This document shows, piece by piece, positions 48,427-59,187 of a stretch of DNA of 64,000 nucleotides. Source of the stretch: Candidatus Kerfeldbacteria bacterium (GTDB lineage Bacteria; Patescibacteriota; Patescibacteriia; UBA10025; JAHIVO01). Under the pieces are notes generated by a model. The model had not been told where the DNA came from and did no database searches. It saw only the letters and a program-made list of their open reading frames with translations. The DNA lies in NCBI GenBank assembly GCA_016214565.1, contig JACROE010000002.1, forward strand, positions 280,007-344,006, written 5' to 3'. Position 1 is the stretch's first letter, and each line of letters opens with the position of its first letter. Both the position numbers and the translations under genes were made by a program.

Positions 48427-49173
48427 TTAGAGTCGAACCACCAACGCGGTGCAATTATCCATACTGCCCTGAGTCAGGGCGACACTGACTAACCATTCGG
48501 CCAACACCCGCGGCGAACGCTTGCGCTTAGCCAAGGTATTCATCTTTTCCGGTGAGACGAATTCCCAGACGCCATCACAGACGAGGCAGATGAAACGAGC
48601 TGAGAGCTCATTGGTGAAATGGATTACCTCCGGATCCGGAATAACGCCGGGAGCATACTGAGGATTGTTCAGGGCGCGGGTCACCATGAGGCCGCGTGTG
48701 CCGTCATTCCTGAGAACGCGATACGTACCACTGAGTAGAACAATGGTACCGCCCGCCTGCGCCACCCGATCACGCTCAATTTCGTGAGTAAGTCGATGCG
48801 GCTCATTTATGACGAGCTCACCACCGAGCGCAAGCATGACGCACTGGCTATCACCCGCCACAGCGCAGGTAAGCTGGTCATGGTGACGAATAACCACGAG
48901 TGCGGTTGTGCCACCGATTTTGCCGGCCAGCTCCTGATTGACCTGACGAAACAAATCCGTCAAATACTCCCTAGTCGGTGGATGCTGCTGTCCGGAAGAC
49001 AGTTTGAGAGCAAAAAGGCGCGCTGCCTCAGCCGATCCCTCACCGCCGACGTGCCCATCGAAAAGCCCAGCGATCCACCCCTGTGGTGTTTCGAAAAAGA
49101 AATAAGCGTCCTCCATAGTCGGACGCGGACCTTTCTGTGAAGCAACGCCCCACAGCTTTTTTTGGATACTCAT
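48427..49173 (-). CDS. PP2C/PPM family Ser/Thr protein phosphatase
   Basis: RPTMEDA, GLFDGH, AGDS, CDGVWE, GSMDNCT; SD GGAGGAGG. Confidence 0.9.
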   Translation of the reverse strand: MSIQKKLWGVASQKGPRPTMEDAYFFFETPQGWIAGLFDGHVGGEGSAEAARLFALKLSSGQQHPPTREYLTDLFRQVNQELAGKIGGTTALVVIRHHDQLTCAVAGDSQCVMLALGGELVINEPHRLTHEIERDRVAQAGGTIVLLSGTYRVLRNDGTRGLMVTRALNNPQYAPGVIPDPEVIHFTNELSARFICLVCDGVWEFVSPEKMNTLAKRKRSPRVLAEWLVSVALTQGSMDNCTALVVRL

Positions 49174-49299
49174 TATTTCCTCCTCCGGAAATATATTAAA
49201 AACAGTTAATGTGCAATTAATGTGCTAACCTACCATATCTGCATACCAGAAGTCAACCCTCATAGACTTAAGGTAGGTTTCATTCAGTTTTCATAAAAT

Positions 49300-49406
49300 G
49301 GGGTACCCCATCGAGCTCGGCTCGATGGGGAAAGGGGCACACGAGCTGAGGGTGGAGTGGGGAGACGCAAAGTCTCCACACGTAATCCGAACCTCGTGAT
49401 GACCCG
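49300..49406. repeat. Structured ~107-nt element, copy B, abutting the tRNA-Ile 3' end
   Basis: Homologous to 36868-36976. Confidence 0.7.
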
Positions 49407-49482
49407 TGGTGGGCGCGCTAGGACTCGAACCTAGGACATGGTGTGTATAAGACACCCGCTCTACCAACTGAGCTACGCGCCC
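49407..49482 (-). tRNA. tRNA-Ile(TAT)
   Basis: GGGCGCGTAGCTCAGTTGGTAGAGCG-GGTGTCTTATACACACC-ATGTCCTAGGTTCGAGTCCTAGCGCGCCCACCA. Confidence 0.92.
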
Positions 49483-49833
49483 TTAATGCTTGCAGGGACA
49501 TTTAACGGGCTTACCAATTCCGACGTTTCAGTCGGAATCCCGACCGCTTCGCGTCGGGACTGAGCTACGCGCCCTTAATGCTTGCAGGGACATTTAACGG
49601 GCTTACCAATTCCGACGTTTCAGTCGGAATCCCGACCGCTTCGCGTCGGGACTGAGCTACGCGCCCGTAATTATTACATTATACTACTTGCTACCAACCC
49701 CGACGTTCCTGCAGCTCGGGAAGTCGGGGCTCCGACCTTGCGTCGGAGCTGAGTCCCGTCCCGACGCAGTAGCGTCGTGGACGTGGATCCTCGATCCGGC
49801 TTTGCCGGATCGGGACTACGCGCCCGTAATTAT
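49467..49833 (-). repeat. Array of three extra tRNA-Ile 5' fragments with hairpin insertions, including an exact 92-bp tandem duplication
   Basis: CTGAGCTACGCGCCC at 49468 (the tRNA itself), 49560 and 49652, plus a split copy at 49691-49825. Confidence 0.9.
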
Positions 49834-49912
49834 GAACTTCACTATATCAAAATAACGCAAAAAACCGCCTTACCGGTATACACCTATTGTGGTGAAACGG
49901 CAAGCGATGAGC

Positions 49913-50923
49913 CTAGGCCGTGCGTATGCCTAATCGATTCAATAGCCGGACGACTTTGCTCTCGGCGCGGGATTTATCTAATTCAGTGAAGAGGAGTGTC
50001 CAGGCAGAATACTGGAAGGCCACATACATTGAACCAACCAGAGCGGCCACGAGGAACCAAACAATCGTCATGGCCACCACCGCAACGGCGAAGCCTGAAG
50101 CAGAGCCGAAGAAGGTAGCGGCGATGCCGATCAAGATAAACGGCACCGAGGCAAGCCCGATACCAATGGCGATCACTAATCCTGCCACCAAGCCGAGGAC
50201 CACAATCAGTAAGGCCATCTCCACACTAATAATCCAATTAGCTTTGAATAATTGCCAGCCGAGACGGACCGCCTCTATGGCTGATTTCTCCTTCAGCACG
50301 ATATAGGCAACCGCGTACCGCAGCATGAAGGACACAATCACCGAAATCGGAATCAGGATCAGGAAGATAAAGAATATAAATGCAATCCCGCCGGCCAAAC
50401 TCTCCCGCTCGAGGAACCAGGAAACCAAGACGCTGCCCAAAACCGCCAGCAGGGCATACCAGAGCCCGCGGAGAAGCAGTGTCACCCCCAGTACTGAACC
50501 GAAATGGCGATTACCAACTTGATAGGCCTCTTGGTAAACCACCTTTTTATTCGCGTTTAATTTTTTGGCACTATCGAAGAGGGCGATTTGCGAAACAATT
50601 GATAGCCAGAGGATCAAAATCGTCACCACGAAGAGCAGCAGAAGGAAAAGAAACCCCTGCGCGGGATAAGCGCCGAAGAATTCGCGAATGTTTCCAAAAA
50701 TGGTACCAAAAATTCCATCCTGATAGAATGTCTGGATGCTCAAGATCGTCTTCGAGGTGCCCGTGACACTGGAGTAATTCTGGAACAATGATTCCAGCTC
50801 TCCACCCACGCCGAGGAAGGCGGCAAAGAAGCCAAAAAACCACAGAATCTTATTCTTCTTAGTCAGTTCATACGCGCGCTTGAGAATAGCGCGGTAGGAA
50901 AACGAATTGCGCAATGGGCTCAT
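49913..50923 (-). CDS. Polytopic membrane protein of unknown function
   Basis: About 7 TM helices; YRAILKRAYELTKKNKILWFFGFFA start typical of a CPR membrane family. Confidence 0.75.
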   Translation of the reverse strand: MSPLRNSFSYRAILKRAYELTKKNKILWFFGFFAAFLGVGGELESLFQNYSSVTGTSKTILSIQTFYQDGIFGTIFGNIREFFGAYPAQGFLFLLLLFVVTILILWLSIVSQIALFDSAKKLNANKKVVYQEAYQVGNRHFGSVLGVTLLLRGLWYALLAVLGSVLVSWFLERESLAGGIAFIFFIFLILIPISVIVSFMLRYAVAYIVLKEKSAIEAVRLGWQLFKANWIISVEMALLIVVLGLVAGLVIAIGIGLASVPFILIGIAATFFGSASGFAVAVVAMTIVWFLVAALVGSMYVAFQYSAWTLLFTELDKSRAESKVVRLLNRLGIRTA

Positions 50924-50960
50924 ACTTTTTTCCTCCTAATGTTTGTTAGCACAGGCCAGC

Positions 50961-52802
50961 TCAGGCTGAGACCCGAATTGGCTTAAGGTCAGTCATAAGC
51001 TTTTCGAATTCCTGACGCTCCAGCGTCTCCTGTTTCAGCAATGTTTCAGCGATCCGATTCAAATACACGCGGTATTTCTTGATCAGGCGCTCGGCCGTGG
51101 CATAGGCGTCTTGGACCAGGGTCAGGACTTCTTGGTCAATGAGCTGAGCGGTTTTTTCGCTGTAATCGCGGCGCTCGTGGATCTCACGCCCTAAGAATAC
51201 CATTTCTTCGCGTTCTCCGTAAGTGCGGGCGCCTAATTTCTTGCTCATGCCGTAGCGCGTCACGATTTGGTTCGCCAGCAGGGTGACATTCTGCAAATCA
51301 TTGCTGGCGCCGGTGGTAATCTCGCCAAACACCTCGGCTTCGGAAACGCGACCGCCGAGCATCACCGCCAATTCATCAACGAATTCAGAACGTGAGTGCA
51401 GCCGTTTATCCTGGGAGGGGACTTTCAGGGTGTAGCCGCCAGCTTTGCCGCGCGAGATGATAGAAACCTTATGTACGGGATCAGCATGGGGTAAAACATG
51501 AGCGACCAAGGCATGGCCAGCCTCATGATAAGCAATGATTTTCTTTTCCTCGGGAGTAATGACGCGGCTCTTGCGTTCCGGCCCGAGCATAACTTTTTCA
51601 ATGCTCTCCAGGCACTCCGTCTGGCTGATCTGTTTTTTCTCTCGGCGGGCGGCCAATAATGCCGCTTCATTTAACACATTGGCTAAATCAGCACCGGAGA
51701 AACCGGGGGTCCGTTCCGCCACTTCCCGCAGTCTGACGGTTTGGTCAAGCGGTTTTTTGCGGGCGTGTACCTTGAGAATGTCTTCTCGGTCATTAATATC
51801 CGGATCGTCTAATACCACGCGGCGATCAAACCGGCCCGGGCGCAATAACGCTGGATCAAGCACATCGGGACGATTGGTGGCGGCCATCACAATGACATTG
51901 GTATCGGTATCAAATCCGTCCATCTCCACCAAAATCTGATTCAGGGTTTGCTCCCGCTCATCATGCGAACCGCCCATACCCGTGCCGCGCTGGCGGCCGA
52001 CCGCATCAATTTCATCCACGAAGACAATGCAGGGCGCGGCGCGCTTGGCGCGTTTGAAGAGGTCGCGCACGCGGGAGGCGCCCACACCCACGAACATTTC
52101 TACGAATTCCGAGCCAGACATATGGAAGAACGGCACATTAGCTTCACCAGCCACTGCTTTGGCCAATAACGTCTTACCGGTACCGGGAGAACCAATCAGC
52201 AGGACGCCCTTAGGAATCGTGGCGCCCAAAGCGAGGAATTTCGCCGGGTTCTTCAGGAAGTCAATCACCTCTTTCAGCTCTTCTTTGGCTTCTTTGACGC
52301 CGGCCACGTCTTTAAATAATACTTTCTTCTTCGGCGCTTGATCTTTTGAATCCCGAGCCGTGCTCTGACCAAATGACATGGCGCGGGAATTCGCTCCTTG
52401 CACCTGACGCATCATGATCCAGAAGAAAAGGATAATCAGCAAAAAGGGAAAGGCAAATGGCAGAATCGCCCCGATCCAAAAGCCGAAGCCCGCTTCACTC
52501 TTTACTTCAATATTCACCGCCTGGATTTGCTCCGGGAGCACACCGTAATCAGCCAATAAGGCGGGTACGCTATCGGATTCCTTGGTTGACTCAAAGGTTT
52601 GGCCGTCGCGCGTTTTAATCGTCAAGGTGTTCGCATCGACCGTGATCGTTTCGATGGTACCCTCTCGGACTTTCTGCACTACACCACTGAAGGCCAGCGG
52701 TTCGGGCTTGTTTGACTGGTTATTAAAAATGCTAAATACCAGCATCACGCCGATAAATACGGTGATAAAGATCAGTACATTTTTCATTAGATTTCTGCCC
52801 AT
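50961..52802 (-). CDS. ftsH: ATP-dependent zinc metalloprotease FtsH
   Basis: [34 protein letters not shown]. Confidence 0.98.
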   Translation of the reverse strand: MGRNLMKNVLIFITVFIGVMLVFSIFNNQSNKPEPLAFSGVVQKVREGTIETITVDANTLTIKTRDGQTFESTKESDSVPALLADYGVLPEQIQAVNIEVKSEAGFGFWIGAILPFAFPFLLIILFFWIMMRQVQGANSRAMSFGQSTARDSKDQAPKKKVLFKDVAGVKEAKEELKEVIDFLKNPAKFLALGATIPKGVLLIGSPGTGKTLLAKAVAGEANVPFFHMSGSEFVEMFVGVGASRVRDLFKRAKRAAPCIVFVDEIDAVGRQRGTGMGGSHDEREQTLNQILVEMDGFDTDTNVIVMAATNRPDVLDPALLRPGRFDRRVVLDDPDINDREDILKVHARKKPLDQTVRLREVAERTPGFSGADLANVLNEAALLAARREKKQISQTECLESIEKVMLGPERKSRVITPEEKKIIAYHEAGHALVAHVLPHADPVHKVSIISRGKAGGYTLKVPSQDKRLHSRSEFVDELAVMLGGRVSEAEVFGEITTGASNDLQNVTLLANQIVTRYGMSKKLGARTYGEREEMVFLGREIHERRDYSEKTAQLIDQEVLTLVQDAYATAERLIKKYRVYLNRIAETLLKQETLERQEFEKLMTDLKPIRVSA

Positions 52803-52867
52803 GGGAAGTGTTTCCAAGCCAATAATTAAATGCGAAAACGACGAATGCGTCGGAGTACAGTATAACC

Positions 52868-52922
52868 AAAAAACGCACGTTCTGCAATCCTCCGCAAGCG
52901 GAGAATCAAAAACGTGCGTTTA
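52868..52922 (-). terminator. rpsA terminator-like hairpin with a nested small hairpin
   Basis: AAACGCACGTT...AACGTGCGTTT outer stem; CTCCGC-AA-GCGGAG inside. Confidence 0.6.
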
Positions 52923-52945
52923 AATGAATTGAAGTGAAGTCAATC

Positions 52946-54187
52946 CTACTCAGCCGGTGCTTCAGTCGATGACGGCGCGGCTGGCTCTGCGGTTGCTTCG
53001 GGTGCTGCCACTGGAGTTTCCGCAGTCACTGGTGCAGCTGCTGACGTTTCAGCGGTTGCCGCTGCCTCAGGTTTCTCGGCAGACTCCTTTTTCTCATGAG
53101 CCGCCTTCAGGGATAGGCCTAAGCGATGGTCGCGGGGTTCAATGGAGAGAATCTTAAAATCATACGTTTGCCCAACGGCAATCACTTCGGCGGGATCGCT
53201 GATCCGTTTGTCCGAGAGCTCGGAGATATGGGCTAGGCCATGAATGTCTTTATCTAATTCAACAAAGGCGCCAAATGGATTCGTTTTGAGGACAATGCCC
53301 GAAACAACTTGACCAACTTTATATTTCTCCACGACATTCTTCCAGGGATCATCATGCAATGCTTTGATCGACAATGAAATGCGAGATTTGTCGAGGCTAA
53401 TTATTTTCGCCTGCACGTTGTCACCGACTTTGATATAATCTTTCGGATTGTCGATGCGTTGCCAGGCTAATTCGGAAATATGTACCAAACCTTCCAAATT
53501 TTCGCCGAACTCAATGAATGCGCCGAAATCAACCACACCCGTCACGCGCCCTTCAATGACGTCGCCGACATGATAGGCAGAGATAATCTTCTGCTGTTTT
53601 TCTTCCCAGGCGGCTTTTTCTGAAACAATCAGCTTGTTTTCCACTTCATTCACGTCTAATACTTTTACTTTCAGTGCCGTGCCGATGAAGGCTGATAAAA
53701 GTTCAAGAATCTTATTTTTATCTCCACCTTCCACGCGGGGATAGTGCTCGACGGTCAGCTGAGAAACAGGTAAGAACCCATCGATGTTGCCGATCTTCAC
53801 CATCAATCCGCCTTTATTCGCTTCGGTAATCGGCGCGTCAATGACGGTGCCTTCTTTCTGCAGCCGTTCCAATTCGGTCCAGGCCTTCTGATGGCCGGCT
53901 TGGCGGAACGATAATTCCATTTCACCGCGTTCATTTTCTAAATCCAAAACGGTCGCCTCGACGGCATCGCCGACTTTCAGATTGCTGTAGGTGCCGGATT
54001 CATCAATCATTTCTTTGCCGCGCACCACGCCGGTCGTGATACCGTCAATATCCAAATTAACCTCATTGCTTGAGGCATTAATCACGGTAGCAGTAACCAC
54101 GTCGCCAACCGCAGGTAATTTCGGCTGGTCGCCGCTATCAAGTAAATCCTGCATGGCTGAGCGCACAACTGTCGTATCGGTTGTCAT
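52946..54187 (-). CDS. rpsA: 30S ribosomal protein S1 (4 S1 domains)
   Basis: NKGGLMV...GFLPVSQ, VDFGAFIE...GLVHISEL, PFGAFVE...GLAHISEL. Confidence 0.95.
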   Translation of the reverse strand: MTTDTTVVRSAMQDLLDSGDQPKLPAVGDVVTATVINASSNEVNLDIDGITTGVVRGKEMIDESGTYSNLKVGDAVEATVLDLENERGEMELSFRQAGHQKAWTELERLQKEGTVIDAPITEANKGGLMVKIGNIDGFLPVSQLTVEHYPRVEGGDKNKILELLSAFIGTALKVKVLDVNEVENKLIVSEKAAWEEKQQKIISAYHVGDVIEGRVTGVVDFGAFIEFGENLEGLVHISELAWQRIDNPKDYIKVGDNVQAKIISLDKSRISLSIKALHDDPWKNVVEKYKVGQVVSGIVLKTNPFGAFVELDKDIHGLAHISELSDKRISDPAEVIAVGQTYDFKILSIEPRDHRLGLSLKAAHEKKESAEKPEAAATAETSAAAPVTAETPVAAPEATAEPAAPSSTEAPAE

Positions 54188-54358
54188 AATATGATGTATG
54201 TTTGAGGGGCAAACCGGAGATGGCAGAATAAACTGAGATAGATGCCTATCCAGCGCTCCTCAAAGGGAGTTAATAATTAGATTAGTAATGTGTACCGGAT
54301 ACCGTACACCAAAGCCTATTTTTTGGCAAGGGGGGGTTGTGGGGGGTATACTATATCT

Positions 54359-55459
54359 ATGCCCAAGCAAAATCTCCCCAAAATCCAAATCGGCACCGCA
54401 CGAAATGTGGCGAAAAATTTGATTTCCGATAAATACGGTCACGCAGTGAGCGACACCAAGCTGAAGCAATTCCTGAAGACAGACAAAGATCTCCAGCGCT
54501 ATGTGTACAAAAACGACCGGGGCACCTTGTCCAAATTTCAGGCAAGCAAATTTTTTAATAAAGTGGTGGATACCGCCAAAACCAGCGGCTCATTTAAAGT
54601 CAGCCGCCTAGCGCAAAAGATGGGCATCAAGCCCAACGCCCCGCGCACAACCAATATCCAGCTGAATAAAATTTACCAGCACGCCAGCCAAACTGAATAC
54701 GATGCCACGCCACATCAAACCGGCCCGACGCCCGCAGAGCAAGCGAAAGCTCACCGCCGTGAAAAAATGCTAAAGACCCTCCATAAACAAGACCGGGCGT
54801 ACGAAAACCAGCGCGAACAAGCAGCGGCCGATGCCGCCAAGGAAAAGCAAAATCCCCAATCAAGCAAATCGAGTAATGCTGCCCCGCCTCGTGTCAGCGG
54901 CATTGGGTCAGTCGGTGCGCCGCCGCATGATGCCGCATCCAGCACCGCGCCGACACTTGATGAAGATAGTGCTTCGACAACCGACCCGCGGCTTCCCTGC
55001 CTCGTATATCCGCTGGAAAACCAAACGCCCAATGTCCCCGGATTTGAGCTGACCGTCAGTAAATTCAACACCTTTATCAAGCAACATCTCACCACCACGC
55101 GGCTCTTCCGTATCATCAGTGATGAAAAATTATGGAATCTCCTCGGCTCTCGCTCGCTCGATACCATACCATCGGTGGTTGAGACCGACGCCCGTCGCGC
55201 GTTGGCCCATGGGGCTGGTGCGACGGTATATATCGACGGCGCAATACGACAATTCGGTCAAAAAACTGAATTGAGACTGACGTTGCGATCAATAACCAAT
55301 GCGACAGAAGTGACCCTGGCACATCTGACCGAACCCATGGCAGACCGATTCGAATTCCAGCGGAAAATCGCTTGGCAAATCGACGCCGCATTGGCCAACC
55401 ACCGCGACCAGGACACCACCACGCCATCGAGTACACCCGCGATTGAACTGCCCATTTAG
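54359..55459 (+). CDS. Hypothetical protein with basic N-terminus and C-terminal CsgG/TolB-N-like domain
   Basis: VYPLEN...LTTTRLFRIIS...ARRALAHGAGATVYIDGAIRQFG...LRLTLRSI pattern; start MPKQ lies 6 nt after TATACT. Confidence 0.6.
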   Translation: MPKQNLPKIQIGTARNVAKNLISDKYGHAVSDTKLKQFLKTDKDLQRYVYKNDRGTLSKFQASKFFNKVVDTAKTSGSFKVSRLAQKMGIKPNAPRTTNIQLNKIYQHASQTEYDATPHQTGPTPAEQAKAHRREKMLKTLHKQDRAYENQREQAAADAAKEKQNPQSSKSSNAAPPRVSGIGSVGAPPHDAASSTAPTLDEDSASTTDPRLPCLVYPLENQTPNVPGFELTVSKFNTFIKQHLTTTRLFRIISDEKLWNLLGSRSLDTIPSVVETDARRALAHGAGATVYIDGAIRQFGQKTELRLTLRSITNATEVTLAHLTEPMADRFEFQRKIAWQIDAALANHRDQDTTTPSSTPAIELPI

Positions 55460-55529
55460 GCAATAAATGGTCTTTACCGGAACGACTTTTTGTGGTACGC
55501 TCTAGGTCACTAACGGACTCTATTTGGTT

Positions 55530-56165
55530 ATGTATATTACCTGGCTCGGCCAATCGTGTTTCAAAATTCAAACAAAAAATGCCACCCTGATCATGGATCC
55601 CTATGACCAGAAGCTTGGGTTAAAATTACCCCGGTTGCAAGCAGATATCGTCACGATTAGCCACGACCACTACGACCATAATAATGCAGAAGGTATCGGC
55701 GGCGAACCGTTCATTATTTCTAATCCGGGAGAATACGAAGTCAAAGGCATCAGCATCCGCGGCATTCCCTCATGGCACGATACGAGCGAAGGCGCTGAAC
55801 GAGGAGCAAATACCATCTATATCATCGAGGCAGAAGATATAAAGATTGCCCATGTGGGTGATTTAGGAACCCAATTATCGGAAGTTCAGGTCGAGCAGCT
55901 CGATAACATTGACGTACTGATGGTGCCGGTCGGTGGCACCTATACCCTCGATGCGGCTGGAGCGGCCAAAGTGGTTAATGATATTGAACCGCGCATTATC
56001 ATCCCGATGCACTATAAATTGCCAGGACTGAAAGTCAGTCTTGCCGGTGTCGAACCATTCTGCAAAGAAATGGGAGTGAAGCCCAATGGTGCTGAAGAAA
56101 AACTGCGCGTGGTGAAAAAAGAGCTGCCGACTGATGATTCCCAAGTAGTTATTCTCAAAGCGTAA
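55530..56165 (+). CDS. Metallo-beta-lactamase-fold hydrolase
   Basis: ITWLGQSCFKI, SHDHYDH, HVGDLG, VPVGG, IPMHY. Confidence 0.9.
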   Translation: MYITWLGQSCFKIQTKNATLIMDPYDQKLGLKLPRLQADIVTISHDHYDHNNAEGIGGEPFIISNPGEYEVKGISIRGIPSWHDTSEGAERGANTIYIIEAEDIKIAHVGDLGTQLSEVQVEQLDNIDVLMVPVGGTYTLDAAGAAKVVNDIEPRIIIPMHYKLPGLKVSLAGVEPFCKEMGVKPNGAEEKLRVVKKELPTDDSQVVILKA

Positions 56166-56176
56166 TCAATATTCGC

Positions 56177-56632
56177 ATGACGCCTGTCGATGGAATCCAA
56201 GCCCCTCGCCGCAAACGCGCGCCTACTGCGCGAACCCCTCGGGCAACCCGAAAAACGACGCCAGCGCCCGTACCAAGCGCGCCCACTCAACCCCAAGCAA
56301 CCGCCCTGCCCATTCCTGAGCCCCATACCGCCGGGGGAGGGCGCGAACGGCTGGTTTGGGCAATTGCCATCGGCATCACCGCAGTCATCTTCATCAGCTG
56401 GGTCATCCTGTTCAGCGGTGGTAGCCTCAAGAGCGCCGACACCGATTCGTCCTTCTGGTCGCGCATCAGTAATCGGCTCGGGAGCTTCATCGAAACAGTC
56501 CAGACTGATTGGTTCCATCTCAAAAGCGACCTCAATACGACAAATACGAACGCCACCACCGTAGATGAGGAGCGCATTAAACAACTCGAAGAGCAAGTCT
56601 TTCCTCAATTCACCGATCCTACCAAACAATAA
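56177..56632 (+). CDS. Single-TM hypothetical protein
   Basis: Pro/Arg-rich N-terminus, one TM helix; 6 nt upstream of gyrA. Confidence 0.65.
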   Translation: MTPVDGIQAPRRKRAPTARTPRATRKTTPAPVPSAPTQPQATALPIPEPHTAGGGRERLVWAIAIGITAVIFISWVILFSGGSLKSADTDSSFWSRISNRLGSFIETVQTDWFHLKSDLNTTNTNATTVDEERIKQLEEQVFPQFTDPTKQ

Positions 56633-56638
56633 TTCCCT

Positions 56639-59134
56639 ATGGCCAAACTGAAAAAAAATCCTAAAGCAGAAAAGCCGATTGTTGAGCCCGCGCGACAGCT
56701 GGCGCAGGTACAAAAGCAACCCATCGTTACCGAGATGCAATCGTCCTACATCGACTATGCCATGTCGGTGATTGTTTCGCGTGCCTTGCCAGACGTCCGC
56801 GATGGGATGAAGCCCGTCCACCGCCGTATCCTCTATGCTATGTGGACCATCGGCCTCCGGGCTGGTGCTAAATTCCGCAAATCCGCTACCGTGGTTGGTG
56901 AGGTGCTCGGTAAATACCATCCTCATGGCGACTCCGCCGTCTACGACTCGATGGTTCGTATGGCACAGTGGTTTGCTATGCGCTATACGCTGGTCAATGG
57001 CCAAGGCAACTTCGGCTCCATGGACGGCGACGGCGCCGCAGCCATGCGCTACACCGAAGCAAAACTCTCTCGCATTTCCGAAGAACTCCTTTTTGATATT
57101 GAAAAAGAGACGGTCAATTTTATTCCAAACTACGACGGTTCACAGCAAGAGCCACAAGTGCTCCCGGCCAAGCTGCCCAACCTTCTACTCAATGGCACCG
57201 TGGGCATTGCCGTGGGTATGGCCACCTCCATCCCACCGCACAACCTAACGGAAATTATTGATGGCACCATCCACCTGATTGAGCACCCCGACGCGTCAAT
57301 TGAAGATCTGATGGAATTCATCAAAGGCCCGGACTTCCCCACCGGCGGTATTATTTTCAACAAACGAGATATCGCGCATGCCTATGGCACCGGTAAAGGC
57401 TCAATCGTCATGCGCGCCAAAACCGATATTGTGGAAGAGGCGAATGGCCAATTCCGTATTATCGTGACTGAGATACCCTACCAGGTGAATAAATCCACCT
57501 TGATCGAGCATATTGCTCAGCTGGTCACCGATAAAAAACTAGATGGTATCAAAGACCTGCGCGATGAATCTGACAAAGATGGCGTACGCATTGTGATTGA
57601 ACTAAAAAAAGACGCCTATCCGAAAAAAGTCCTCAATCGCTTATTCAATCTGACCAATTTACAGACCTCGTTCCACGTGAACATGTTGGCCTTGGTGGAC
57701 GGCATCCAGCCACGCGTGCTGAATCTGAAAATGGTGCTCGAAGAATACATCAAGCACCGCGAAATCGTCATCAAACGCCGCACTCAATACGATTTAGATA
57801 AAGCCAAAGCCCGCGCCCATATCCTCGAGGGGTTGGTCAAAGCCGTGGATAAGATTGATGCGGTGATTAAAGTTATTAAAGCATCGAAGGACAAAGACCA
57901 AGCCCGGACAAACTTGATGCAGAAATTTAAATTTACCGAAGCGCAAGCCATCGCCATCCTGGAAATGAAGCTCTCCCAGCTGGCTAATCTGGAACGGCTC
58001 AATATCCAAGGCGAACTCAAAGAAAAACGCGCTTTGATCAAAGAATTGGAACTGATTCTTGCCTCACGCAAGCGCATCCTCGGCATTATCACCACCGAAC
58101 TCAAAGAAATTAAGGACAAATTTGGCGACGAGCGCAAAACGCATATCAATGCCGGCGCCATCAATGAATTCACTCAGGAAGACCTGATCCCGAATGAATC
58201 AACGGTCATCATGGTGACCCGCGATGGCTATCTCAAACGCGTACCGCCAGAAACATTCCGCGTGCAGAAACGCGGCGGCCGGGGCGTGATTGGATTGACC
58301 ACCAAAGAACAAGACTCCGTCGAACAACTGATAACAACCACCACGCATGCCGACCTGCTTTTCTTCACCACCAAAGGCCGGGTCTTCCAGCTCAAAGGCT
58401 ACGATGTCCCGCCTGCTTCCCGTACGTCAAAAGGTCAGGCCATCGTTAATTTCCTCCAGCTCGGGCAAGAAGAAAAAGTTACCGCAACGCTGTCATTAGC
58501 TGACTTGGGTGATTTCAAATTCCTGGTGATGGTGACCCGCAATGGCGTCATCAAGAAAGTAGACATGGAAGATTTCAAAGTCGTCCGCCGCTCAGGCTTG
58601 ATCGCCGTGAAACTGAAATCAAACGACACGCTCGAATGGGTCAAACCATCCACGGGTGGCGATGATATTCTCATCGTTACTGAACAGGGTCAATCAATCC
58701 GCTTCCGCGAGAAACAACTGCGTGCCATGGGTCGCAATGCCGCGGGCGTACGTGCCGTCAAACTGAAAGGAACTGACCATATCGCCGGCATGGACATGAT
58801 TACTGACGGCAAAGCCATGCAAAATGAACAACTCTTGGTCGTCATGGAAAAGGGATACGGCAAACGCACCAACCTCTCCAACTATCGCGTCCAGGGTCGT
58901 GGCGGTTCGGGCATCAAAACTGCCAAGATCACGCCGAAGACCGGCAAGATTGTGTCCGCCTTCATCGTCAATGCGAAACTTGAGCAAGAAGATCTGATCA
59001 TCATTTCTGACAAAGGCCAAGTCATCCGCATGCCCTTGAAAACCGTGTCCGTCCTCGGCCGCGCCACCCAGGGTGTCCGCTTGATGCGCCTGTCTGACGA
59101 CAAAGACGGCGTCGCCACCGTGACGTTTGTGTAA
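56639..59134 (+). CDS. gyrA: DNA gyrase subunit A
   Basis: [29 protein letters not shown], GyrA-box QKRGGRG, C-terminal pinwheel repeats. Confidence 0.98.
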   Translation: MAKLKKNPKAEKPIVEPARQLAQVQKQPIVTEMQSSYIDYAMSVIVSRALPDVRDGMKPVHRRILYAMWTIGLRAGAKFRKSATVVGEVLGKYHPHGDSAVYDSMVRMAQWFAMRYTLVNGQGNFGSMDGDGAAAMRYTEAKLSRISEELLFDIEKETVNFIPNYDGSQQEPQVLPAKLPNLLLNGTVGIAVGMATSIPPHNLTEIIDGTIHLIEHPDASIEDLMEFIKGPDFPTGGIIFNKRDIAHAYGTGKGSIVMRAKTDIVEEANGQFRIIVTEIPYQVNKSTLIEHIAQLVTDKKLDGIKDLRDESDKDGVRIVIELKKDAYPKKVLNRLFNLTNLQTSFHVNMLALVDGIQPRVLNLKMVLEEYIKHREIVIKRRTQYDLDKAKARAHILEGLVKAVDKIDAVIKVIKASKDKDQARTNLMQKFKFTEAQAIAILEMKLSQLANLERLNIQGELKEKRALIKELELILASRKRILGIITTELKEIKDKFGDERKTHINAGAINEFTQEDLIPNESTVIMVTRDGYLKRVPPETFRVQKRGGRGVIGLTTKEQDSVEQLITTTTHADLLFFTTKGRVFQLKGYDVPPASRTSKGQAIVNFLQLGQEEKVTATLSLADLGDFKFLVMVTRNGVIKKVDMEDFKVVRRSGLIAVKLKSNDTLEWVKPSTGGDDILIVTEQGQSIRFREKQLRAMGRNAAGVRAVKLKGTDHIAGMDMITDGKAMQNEQLLVVMEKGYGKRTNLSNYRVQGRGGSGIKTAKITPKTGKIVSAFIVNAKLEQEDLIIISDKGQVIRMPLKTVSVLGRATQGVRLMRLSDDKDGVATVTFV

Positions 59135-59187
59135 ATCACCTACAACTTTTTAAAATCTAAAGACCTTCCCTCTAAAGGAAGGTTTTT

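Noticed and set aside
49467-49833. CRISPR array
   Set aside because: The repeat is a tRNA 5' fragment, two 'spacers' are identical and palindromic, and no cas genes are in the window.
56012-57004. 330-aa minus-strand ORF
   Set aside because: Antisense shadow of gyrA and the two upstream genes; no independent motif.
57669-57684. parS-like CGTTCCACGTGAACAT in gyrA
   Set aside because: One arm is a base short, and it is explained by the coding sequence (SFHVNM).
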